26,872 nt of DNA, from IMG/VR virus record IMGVR_UViG_3300020221_000106, positions 1 to 26,872 of that record, one strand, 5' to 3'. This DNA is from a virus. Taxonomy: Duplodnaviria > Caudoviricetes. Of the stretch, positions 8,938 through 18,100 are shown piece by piece (position 1 is the stretch's first letter; every line of letters starts with the position of its first letter). The notes beneath the pieces were generated by a model. It saw only the letters and a list, made by a program, of their open reading frames with translations. It searched no databases and was not told the origin of the DNA. A program made the position numbers and the translations under genes.

Positions 8938-10614
8938 ATGAGCGAGAAGTTATACGGAGATCCTAACGCAACGCCAACACCAATTGGAGATTCTATTTTT
9001 GCTAAACCAGGCGAAAACTATTGGAAAGACACTAAAGGACTTGCTCCTTTGGAGGCATGTCAAGTTAGTTTGATTCCGCCATCATCTAACGTTACTATAA
9101 CCAAAAATGTTATATCTTTTACGGCAGAAAATCCGCAAGGTGACAGTAGTTTTGGGACAATAACTAGCACTGGATCTCATATTGCTGTTGATGAAAAGGG
9201 CACAGTAAAAATCAAAGCATCTAGTCCAGTTGCCGAAGACTTAACGTGTGGTAGAATTGAGGTTGAGTCTCAAACAAACACTAGATTAAATGTAGGCACA
9301 TCCCTTACTATTAATGTTAATACTAGTGGCAAACATGATGAAAAAAATCCTGTTAGTAATTCTAGCACACAAACTGTAGATGACAAGAGATATCCTGCAT
9401 TTTCTATTAATGTAAGTAACGGTGGATTAGATATCGAGTGTGCTGACGGCGACATACATTTTAGTGGTAAAAATATTGTATTTAATGCAGCAGAAACTTT
9501 AAGTTTAAATGCTACCAGAGCGGTAAATATTCTTTCTGGTTTTGATGCAACGGAAGTCTTTGCTAAAGCAGCTGCGGGATTATTTGGGTTTGAGTTACCT
9601 GCATCAGGTGGTGGCGAAGTCGTTATTAAAGCAGGCAAATTTGTTAATGATTGTAATGTGATTGAAACATCATCATCTAAGTCTAGCGAAAAAGTTGGTG
9701 GAGCAAAGATTCAGGAAACTGGATCTTCGATGGGCACAACCGCTCTCAGAAATGCTGGTGATTTAAATCTTAGCACTTCTGGTAATGTTTTCTTGGCAGC
9801 TGGGCAAAAAATGCGTATCGAAGCTCAAGGCATGGTTGCAAATACTACTGGACCTGCCGTACCTCCTATATGGGGTGCTTCTCAACTAGAAGCGTTAGCT
9901 ATAGCAGTAAATAAAAAAAATACTCCATTAGATACTGCACTGTTAATTGAAGTAGACGGTGGAGATGCTCTAACAAAAGTTTCTGGTATTGGTGATTACG
10001 GTGTTGTTACAGAAACGGGATTAGTTGGACTTTTAGCTGGTGCTGGAAAGACAGCTAGTTATACTGGTAATCCAGGAGATGTTGTACTGAAATCATACCA
10101 AGGAAATCTGTTAGGCGATGCAAAAATGGAAGCATCAATAATTGGTCAAACTATTGCTGGAGCTGGTATTGGAATTCCAGGCAATACTCCAGATGTTGTT
10201 GCTGTATTTGCTCCTGGTTTTGGATATGACTCTAAAACTGGTGGTGCTACTATGAAGACCACAAAGGGTATAGCATCTGTACTTGGTAAACTGCAAGTTG
10301 GAATAGGTATTGGCGAAACACCTGGAGCATCTCAAAACTTCCTGGCATTTAATCCAGCTGGAATTATTTCTAACATTAATGGTCCTAGTACGATTGATAT
10401 TAAAGGTGCTCTTACTACTAAAATTACTGGAGCAAATACATTTAAAGTAACTGGCGCAAACATTGCTGACGTGACTGGTTTAGTAGCAAGTAAATCACAA
10501 ACTGGCGTTACAATTGAAAGTCCAGGAGATATAACAATTAAATCATCAGGAAAAATTGATATGACAGCACCAGGGATAATAACTATTTCTGGCGGCACTA
10601 TCAAATTAAATTAG
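8938..10614 (+). CDS. gp5 C-terminal-like beta-helical tail spike/needle protein
   Basis: 558 aa, beta-rich. The C-terminus has 8-residue Gly-periodic repeats (STIDIKGA LTTKITGA NTFKVTGA NIADVTGL..VTIESPGD ITIKSSGK) and ends GGTIKLN, like gp5/gpV/VgrG spikes. SD AGGAG at 8926-8930. Confidence 0.7.
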   Translation: MSEKLYGDPNATPTPIGDSIFAKPGENYWKDTKGLAPLEACQVSLIPPSSNVTITKNVISFTAENPQGDSSFGTITSTGSHIAVDEKGTVKIKASSPVAEDLTCGRIEVESQTNTRLNVGTSLTINVNTSGKHDEKNPVSNSSTQTVDDKRYPAFSINVSNGGLDIECADGDIHFSGKNIVFNAAETLSLNATRAVNILSGFDATEVFAKAAAGLFGFELPASGGGEVVIKAGKFVNDCNVIETSSSKSSEKVGGAKIQETGSSMGTTALRNAGDLNLSTSGNVFLAAGQKMRIEAQGMVANTTGPAVPPIWGASQLEALAIAVNKKNTPLDTALLIEVDGGDALTKVSGIGDYGVVTETGLVGLLAGAGKTASYTGNPGDVVLKSYQGNLLGDAKMEASIIGQTIAGAGIGIPGNTPDVVAVFAPGFGYDSKTGGATMKTTKGIASVLGKLQVGIGIGETPGASQNFLAFNPAGIISNINGPSTIDIKGALTTKITGANTFKVTGANIADVTGLVASKSQTGVTIESPGDITIKSSGKIDMTAPGIITISGGTIKLN

Positions 10615-10621
10615 AAAATCC

Positions 10622-10690
10622 AAAATTGACCTCTGATTACCAAAAGGTCGCAAAAAAAATCTCGGCAAAAAATTGCTAAAAAAAGTCGAG
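10622..10690. repeat. Intergenic element: two tandem inverted repeats with A-tracts
   Basis: GACCT(10628-10632)/AGGTC(10645-10649) and CTCGGC(10661-10666)/GTCGAG(10685-10690). A-tracts start at 10615, 10622, 10642, 10652, 10667 and 10678. Confidence 0.55.
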
Positions 10691-10697
10691 CCACCCC

Positions 10698-10726
10698 TTG
10701 ACAGACCCAGAATATCCTGCTATACT
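10698..10726 (+). promoter_or_regulatory. Sigma70-type early promoter
   Basis: TTGACA (10698-10703), 17-nt spacer, TATACT (10721-10726), extended -10 TG at 10718-10719, and A-rich upstream sequence. Confidence 0.9.
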
Positions 10727-10754
10727 ACATACATACACAGAGGAGACACTCCAA

Positions 10755-10985
10755 ATGCTCAATTATGGTGATGACGGTCAAGTGCAAGAAATTGACTGTG
10801 ATGACGTACAAGATACAATTGATACTATTCTTGAATATGTAGAAAATCGCTTTGAATCTCTTGATAAAGAGGGAAATCGTGATGCTGACATTTATGCACT
10901 TTGCCAAGAGTTTCATGAATGGGGTAGTGCAGAAGATGGTGACGAAATTGGATATCTTTTTCTTCCTCGCTTAGCAGAAAAATGA
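10755..10985 (+). CDS. Small, highly acidic hypothetical protein (76 aa)
   Basis: Start moved from the track's TTG at 10698, which is the -35 box, to ATG 10755. That ATG follows SD GAGGAG (10740-10745) and lies downstream of the promoter. Sequence MLNYGDDGQVQEIDCDDVQDTID...RLAEK. Confidence 0.85.
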   Translation: MLNYGDDGQVQEIDCDDVQDTIDTILEYVENRFESLDKEGNRDADIYALCQEFHEWGSAEDGDEIGYLFLPRLAEK

Positions 10986-11161
10986 TTTCTAACGAGCAGG
11001 TAATTGGCAAAATCACAACAGATTTATATAATAAAAAAATAATTCTTCATGGAGATGATAATACTACTGTTGTCTTAAAATGCTCTACTATTAATGAGTT
11101 TTGTGAGTTACTTGATAAGTGTAAAAAACTACTAAAGACAGATATTGTTATTTGTCGATAG
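10982..11161 (+). CDS. Small hypothetical protein (59 aa), not in ORF track
   Basis: ATGA overlap with the upstream stop suggests translational coupling. Manual translation: MISNEQVIGKITTDLYNKKIILHGDDNTTVVLKCSTINEFCELLDKCKKLLKTDIVICR*. Fills the gap up to the tRNA. Confidence 0.75.
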   Translation: MISNEQVIGKITTDLYNKKIILHGDDNTTVVLKCSTINEFCELLDKCKKLLKTDIVICR

Positions 11162-11167
11162 TTTCTT

Positions 11168-11250
11168 GGGAGCATGGTGGAATCGGTAGACACACCAGAC
11201 TTAAAATCTGTTGGGCATTGCCCGTGGGAGTTCAAGTCTCCCTGCTCCTA
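11168..11250 (+). tRNA. trnL: tRNA-Leu (anticodon UAA), no intron, CCA not encoded
   Basis: Acceptor stem GGGAGCA/TGCTCCT plus discriminator A. D-arm TGGTGGAATCGGTAGACAC, anticodon loop CT-TAA-AA (11202-11204), long variable arm GGGC-ATT-GCCC, T-arm GGGAG-TTCAAGT-CTCCC. Confidence 0.96.
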
Positions 11251-11266
11251 TTTCTGGTAAATTAAT

Positions 11267-11737
11267 ATGATTAACATTTATGATAATTTTATTGAATCAG
11301 AAGAATGTATAGAGTTTTATAATTATTGTTTATCTTCCTCATATCACTATGGTGAAGTAGACGATTATGGGTTGCCACCAACAGGAATGGTTTCTGAGTT
11401 ATCAATTGATAATTATTGGTATAAGTATTTTACTTTATGCATTAAAGAAAAGTGTAAAATAGATAATTTACCACATAGAGCATATATAAACTTATTTTTT
11501 CCACATGAAATACCATATTATCATATAGATGGTGATGGCATTACATTTCTTTATTACCCCAATCTTGAGTGGAAATTGAATAATGGAGGCGAAACCCAAT
11601 TTTTTATTAATAATGAAATAAAAGGTATACCCCCTATTCCTAATAGAGCAATTATATTTGCAGGTAATATATTACACCGTGCCACCTCGTTTAGAGATAC
11701 AGCTAGATTTACACTTGCAATTAAATATTCCAACTAA
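11267..11737 (+). CDS. 2OG-Fe(II) oxygenase superfamily protein
   Basis: HxD motif (YHIDGD), FLYYPN..W..NGGETQF, distal His (ILHRA) and 2OG-binding Arg (RFTLAIK), typical of cyanophage prolyl-hydroxylase-like oxygenases. Confidence 0.9.
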   Translation: MINIYDNFIESEECIEFYNYCLSSSYHYGEVDDYGLPPTGMVSELSIDNYWYKYFTLCIKEKCKIDNLPHRAYINLFFPHEIPYYHIDGDGITFLYYPNLEWKLNNGGETQFFINNEIKGIPPIPNRAIIFAGNILHRATSFRDTARFTLAIKYSN

Positions 11738-11740
11738 ATA
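11733..11740 (+). promoter_or_regulatory. Possible late promoter variant (ACTAAATA)
   Basis: TAAATA core overlaps the oxygenase stop, 18 nt before ATG 11759. Confidence 0.45.
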
Positions 11741-11758
11741 TCATGTAGTGGGAATGTT

Positions 11759-12025
11759 ATGAAATACACACTCTCTCAAGCATATTGCTTTTATATGGGT
11801 GAGGTTGTGCGTATGTATTTTATCCAAGGTCTTCCATATACATTTGATGAATTACCTCAAATTATACAAGATCATCCTGCTGTGCAAACAGAAGCATTAA
11901 ATCATCGTGATTATGATGACGAAGATTTGTTTAAAACTTCTAATTATTTAATGATGGAAGAAATGCATCCGTTAATGTTTGATATAGAAGTAGAAAACCC
12001 AGAATTACTTCCACAAGATGACTAG
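11759..12025 (+). CDS. Hypothetical protein (88 aa, acidic), resembles a conserved T4-like cyanophage protein
   Basis: Clean ORF between the oxygenase and tRNA-Thr. The motif VRMYFIQGLPYTFDELP..YLMMEEMHPLMF is recalled from cyanophage hypotheticals but was not verified. Confidence 0.8.
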   Translation: MKYTLSQAYCFYMGEVVRMYFIQGLPYTFDELPQIIQDHPAVQTEALNHRDYDDEDLFKTSNYLMMEEMHPLMFDIEVENPELLPQDD

Positions 12026-12026
12026 T

Positions 12027-12098
12027 GCCTGATTAGCTCAGTGGTAGAGCACTCGCCTTGTAAGCGAGCGGTCGTCAGTTCAAGTCTGACATTAGGCT
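12027..12098 (+). tRNA. trnT: tRNA-Thr (anticodon UGU), CCA not encoded
   Basis: Acceptor stem GCCTGAT/ATTAGGC, D-arm TAGCTCAGTGGTAGAGC, anticodon arm CTCGC-CTTGTAA-GCGAG (TGT 12059-12061), T-arm GTCAG-TTCAAGT-CTGAC. Confidence 0.96.
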
Positions 12099-12119
12099 TC
12101 CGTGTGAAGGAAGACGCAG

Positions 12120-12147
12120 AAACCTGGAGACCCCTCCAGGTTTTTTT
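12120..12147 (+). terminator. Rho-independent terminator
   Basis: AAA-CCTGGAG-ACCC-CTCCAGG-TTTTTTT: perfect 7-bp GC-rich stem followed by T7. Confidence 0.92.
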
Positions 12148-12148
12148 G

Positions 12149-12156
12149 TATAAATA
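12149..12156 (+). promoter_or_regulatory. T4-type (gp55) late promoter
   Basis: Exact TATAAATA in intergenic DNA just after the terminator, 38 nt before the ATG of the giant structural gene. Confidence 0.88.
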
Positions 12157-12194
12157 ACACAGAAGAAAGACCATAATTAGGGTAACTGAGGAAC

Positions 12195-15100
12195 ATGCCA
12201 TTAACCAAATTAGATAATTTAATTTCCAGTAAAACTGGAAGATATCTATACGTTTCACCTGATGATTTTAATGCTTCTGATGCTTTAGACAATAGAGGCA
12301 ATTCCCCAACCAGACCATTCCTCACAATTCAAAGAGCATTCTTAGAAGTTGCTAGATTTTCGTATGTTCCTGGAGCAGAAAATGATCGATTTGATCAATT
12401 TTCGATCATGTTGTTTCCAGGTAATCATTATATTGATAATCGTCCTGGTATTTTAAACGCAGATGAAATTGTTCCTTTTGCGTTTAATCAGGCAACTCAA
12501 GAATGGGAAGACAACTCTATTGTTGATCTAAGAAATCCTAACAATATTCTTTACAAGTTTAATGGTCCTAATGGCGGTGCCACGATTCCTAGAGGCACTT
12601 CTCTTATTGGTATGGACCTTCGTAGAACTCGTCTACATCCTCTATATGTGCCCGATCCTGCAGATAAAGATGTTGGGCGCACCACAATGTTTAATGTAAC
12701 TGGTGGTTGCTATTTCTGGCAATTTACTATTCTTGATGGTGATACTGAGCCTAATTCGCCCTTATATGATTCTCAGGCAGGAATTGGTAAAGTATATTCA
12801 CAACCAAATTCTACTGTAACTCAGGTACCATATTATTCACACCATAAAATTTGTAATTTTGAATTTGCTGATAGAAACGATCTAGGTCTACTTTATAGAA
12901 AAATTGCTAAGGCATTCTCATTATATCAACCAACAATTGATGATCCTGGAGAATTTACACAGAGACCTCAAGAGAATAGAATCGTTGGTCCTTTGCAAGA
13001 TGCTATTCGTATTGATTCGATTGTAGTTAATAATGTTGTTGGCACTACAGCACTTGATGTTACTGTTAAAACTAAGACAAATCATGGTTTTTATGTAGGG
13101 CAAGCAGTTGCTATAAGTAATCTTCGTTCTACGTTACCAGCTGGTGCAGCAGCTCCAATTCCTCTTTCTAATGATCCTCTTACTGGTGTATTCTCTGTTA
13201 GAGGAATTAGCACTTTAGATGCAAAAGAATTTACATATAGAGTAGAAGGTAAAAATGCCGCTGCTGTGGGTTTGGGAGATAAAATTGCACAACCAATCAC
13301 ACCACCAGACCTAGATACAAACGCTATTGTGCAAGCAGAAATAGATTCAGTAGAATCTGCTTCGCCATATGTTTTTAACGTTTCTATTCGCTCTACGTGG
13401 GGTATCTGCGGTATTCACGCTGATGGTAGCAAGGCGACTGGTTTTAAATCAATGGTTATCGCTCAATATACGGGTGTTTCATTACAGAGAGATGACCGTG
13501 CGTTTATTCGTTATGATGAATTTAGTAATACATGGAATCAAGCACCTTTAACTGATGCATTTGCAACCACTCCTTATCATGCTAAGGGCGATGCATTTTG
13601 GAAGGATGATTGGAGAAACTTCCATGTCAAAGCATCTAATGATTCTTTTATCCAAAACGTTTCGATCTTTGCTGTAGGTTTTGCTGACCACTTCCTGATG
13701 GAAAGTGGTGGTGATATGTCAATCACCAACTCTAACTCTAACTTTGGTAATACCTCTCTACATGCTATTGGTTACAAAGGTTATGCGTTTACTCAGGATC
13801 AAGGTGGATATATTTCTCATATTATTCCACCTAAAAAAGTAACTACTACAACCAAAAAATTACAATATTATACTTTCAATCAATTTAAAACCAGATCGAC
13901 AAATGCCCAAGAATTTGATGGTCCAGGAGGTACATCATCAATTACAACCAAACTTTATTTGGGTCATGATACTGCTACAGATCCACTTATTAAACCAGCT
14001 ACAGTTGTCAATGGATTTAGAATTGGTGGCAAAGCAAACGATAAAATTTATGTAAAATTAGATCCTGCAGTTAATTTTACGGGATCAATTCGTAGTGCAG
14101 AAATTTCACCATCTGGATATAGAAAGTGGAATGTTGCAATGTCAACATTAAATCCAACTGTATCTACTGGAGTAGATAATAATGACCAAGATGCTGCTAA
14201 TTTAATTGACCTTAATAGAGATTTTATTGCTGCAGAATCATATGGGTTTATCACTCGTAAATATCCATACTTATTAACGAAAGATATTAGTATCACTAAA
14301 TGTAGACGCGATGTTGGATATATTTTGGAGGCAGTTGCAAATGATCTTCGTGTAGGTGGCAACGTTAACAGTCTGCAAGCAGGACAATCATATTATGTTG
14401 GTAATCAATTAGATTATATTGATGGTGAAAAAGAAGAAACTTTAGAAGGTTTTAATTATGCTCGAAGTCTTGCTGTTGCAGCAATGCGTAATTGGAATTT
14501 TTATATTAAACATTGCTCCACTTTTATTAATCAAGCAATAGTAACGGTGCCTAGTGGAATTACCACAATTGGTATTGTTGAAGGCATGAAGGTAACTGCT
14601 ACAGTTATTGCAGGACAAACAAATCCAATTCCTGCGGGAAGTTATGTAAGAAAAATTATCAGCACTACTCAGTTTACACTTGGTAATACAAATGATACTG
14701 ATGATGTCAATGCTACCGCTACCATTACAGCAACTGGTCCTGCGGCAGGCGGCGTCAGACTTAACTTTGAATTAACTCAGGGTAAGTTTGCTACTTCATC
14801 TGGTAGAAATTTAGATGCTGGTAATCTTATCAATCTTAACAAAGAGTTTATTGCACAAGAAGCACTTAATCTTGCTAAAGCACAATATCCAACAACTTCA
14901 GTGCCAAACGATGATAAATGTAAAAGAGATATTAAATATATTCTAGATGGAGTTGTACAAGATCTTGGCAACTTTGGTAATTCTGGTATTGTAACGGCAA
15001 CAGAAAGATATATTGATGCTGCAGAGCGTTATTCTATTTCAAAGAATTTAATTCTTGCAAATAAAAGAGAAATTGTTGATAAAGCAGCTGCTAAACTTGC

Positions 15101-18100
15101 AATCGATTATCCTGATTTTTACTATGGTGGACCTGGATTTACAAATGGTGGCGATGCACAAACTAATGTGTATTCAAGATATAAAGATTCTTACCGTTTA
15201 ATCCAGCAAAATAAGCAACATATTGTTGATAAAGCAGCAGCACAGATTGCGATCAGTTATCCAAATTTCTCCTATCCTGGAGGCGCTATTGCTGGTGAAG
15301 CAAAATGCAAAAGAGATATTGGCATGTTTATAGATGCAGTCTCTACTGATTTAACTACATTAGGAAATTCTTACTCTATTGATTTTATTCGTCAATATTT
15401 TATTGCAAATAAAGTAAACGGTAAAATTTTAACATTTACTAAAACTGCAGGCACAACTCTATCAACAAAAGCAAATAAAACCTATAGTGGTGTTGCAACT
15501 ACAACTACATCCTCTGGATCTAATGCTACATTTACTGTAGCTAGAGGAGCTAGTGGTGCTATTTCAACAGTCACTATTTCAAATGGGGGTTATAGGTATG
15601 CTGTTGGAAATACCTTAACTATTCCTGGCGGATCTATTGGCGGCACAAATATTGTAGACGACGTAATTGTAACAGTATCTACAGTTGAGCAAGCATGGAT
15701 TAATGCAGGACTTCAAAATGAAGAAGATCAATCCATTACTGGATTTACTGCTGCGATTGCCGAGATGAAGAAAGCAATCACAAACCAATTATTTACAAAA
15801 GATCTGACAATTACAGGTGATCCTAATCCAGGTGCTGTTGAATCTGGTGTTAGCGTATTTGGCACTTCAGGCAATACTACTAATAATACTGATACTCAAT
15901 CTTGTGCTAACGTAAAACAAACTTTAGATACTCTCGGAAGTCTTATTTTTGCAAGAATTCGACAAGGCGATCTTGTAACGGCAACTCAACAAAATCCAGC
16001 ACTACCAATTATCAATTATGGTAGTGCTCCTATATTCCAAGAAAAATGTAAGAGAGATATTGGAATTGTTGTTGATGCTATTGCAGAGGACTTAGCAATA
16101 GGTGCAAACTACAATATTATTACTGCAACTAAATCATATTTTGATAGCACTGGTAATACTTTAATTAATAATGGATTAGCAGGCGAGATTACTCAGTCAG
16201 TTACTGCATTTGAAGAAGCAAGAAATTTATGCTTCAAAGCAGTAACTAATCAATTAAATGTAAGAGATCTTGAAATTCCTGAGGGACCAGCAGAATTAGG
16301 TGTTCCAGGACCAAATATTCCAAATGATAATCCCAATGCTTATCTTGATGTAAGAAACGAAATCAATGCACTATTTGGAATTCTAATTACAAAACTACAA
16401 AATGGTAATTATCTATATCCAACACTTAAATATAATTCTGGAGTTCAATCACTTACTGGGGAATTAGACATTAGCGTATACGCATTTAAAAAAGCAAGAG
16501 ATCTTGCTATTCTTGCAATGCGTAACTGGAGAACAGGTGATGGCACAACTACAGACCCACTATATGTAAAAACTCCTGGTAATACATTAAATTATCAAAT
16601 TGATCCTACGATTGATACAACAACAGCTGGTGTTCCTGTCTGTGCTGATGTTGCTTATACTATTACAACAGAATTTGATATTCTTATTACATCTTTAAAC
16701 AATACCGCACCACTACCACCAAAAACTTTTGGTAGTAGCGAATATGTTGAGAGACAAAGACCTCAGAGAGATAATACTATTAGTAATGATACTGCAACAC
16801 CAGACAACAAATGTGCCAGCACTAAAGATGCTATTATTGAAAAAATGCGTGTGATTGACAGCATTATTCGTAATGGCGTTGATGCAGAACCACTGGTTTC
16901 TCAATTAGTAAATACATCCTCATTTGCACAAAGAGCAACATTATTCCGTGTTGCTGGTGCTAATCCACACAACTTAGAAACTGGCACTCCCGTTAGATTA
17001 GTTGCTGTTGCTAGAAGAGATTCTATTACTGGGAAACCAGTTAATGTTAATAAAGGATTAATAAGACTTCCTAGAGGATTTGACAGCAATAAAAAATATT
17101 ATATAATTGCTCCTGGTAAAATTACCGCTCCTTACGATTATTCTCAAGGTGGTGTCACATCTCAATTTAATGATAATCAGGTATTCATGTTAGCAACCAG
17201 CACAGAAAATGCCGCTGCTGGTAATTACATTTATTCTTCTGAAACCGAGGGAATGAGTCCTGACATTCAAGTAGAAGTTCATCAATATCTGACGGATGTA
17301 AATTACGATTTGCATCGCTATACTTGTTCTCTTGCTTCATCTAGAGTATTCCAAACAACTACCAACCATATCTTTGACACGGGCATCACTGGCGCTCAAG
17401 TGCAGAAAGTTTATTTTTATCCATTAGAAGAAAATCTTGTCAATGGCAAAGCAACTGGTGCTGCACTAAACACGCTACCAGCTAAAACGAGTGGCAGCAG
17501 GTTGGAAATTAATCGTTATTATTTTGTTGGTCGCCCAGCAACTTATACTACAAATAATCAGTTTTCAATTTATTTGAATGAGCAGGATGCGATTACTCGT
17601 CAAAATGCTGTCCAGTTTAATTATCCATTTACTTTTTCTTTCCAAGTATTTGCTAATAGAAAGAGAAGTCCATTTGGATATGACCCAGTGCAATCTGGTT
17701 GGTTCTTAAGAACTCTTATTTCTACTAATGAAATCCTTAGTAGATTAACTCTTAATGATCCTAACCTTGGATCTTCTTATGCTAATAAACCAGAGAAAAC
17801 TCCTGATTCTTTCTTATATAGAGCAGACGATGCTAGAGATAAATCGGATAAAGTTTATCGATTCCGTTATGTAATTCCAGAATATCGTGATGATGTAAGA
17901 GATCCTATTAATGGATTTGTGATGAAAATTCGCACAGATGAAACTAGAAAACTTATATCACAAAGAATTCTTTTAAAACCAGTTGCCCAAAATGATCCAA
18001 AAGACGCAACTTTCTTTGAGTCTGGTGTACAAAATCCTAAAAGATTAGGATTGCCCGCATCTTCTACGCAGGCAGCGATAGATTACGACCCATATAATCC

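Noticed and set aside
4338-10614. Bacterial type VI secretion / eCIS locus (VgrG-like genes)
   Set aside because: T4 late promoters, phage-type cp12, CCA-less tRNAs and collar fibres indicate a T4-like phage genome rather than a bacterial secretion locus.
10698-10754. TTG start for a 95-aa version of the acidic ORF
   Set aside because: The TTG is the -35 box of the promoter. Transcription would start downstream of it, and an SD plus ATG exists at 10740-10757.
12097-12113. Short hairpin CTTCC-gtgtgaa-GGAAG after tRNA-Thr as a possible ncRNA
   Set aside because: Only 5 bp and overlaps the tRNA 3' end. It could be a processing signal but cannot be supported without comparative data.
11047-12325. 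Minus-strand ORFs 11047..11235, 12022..12258 and 12092..12325
   Set aside because: They are antisense to the tRNAs, the terminator and the start of the giant gene, and show no coding features.
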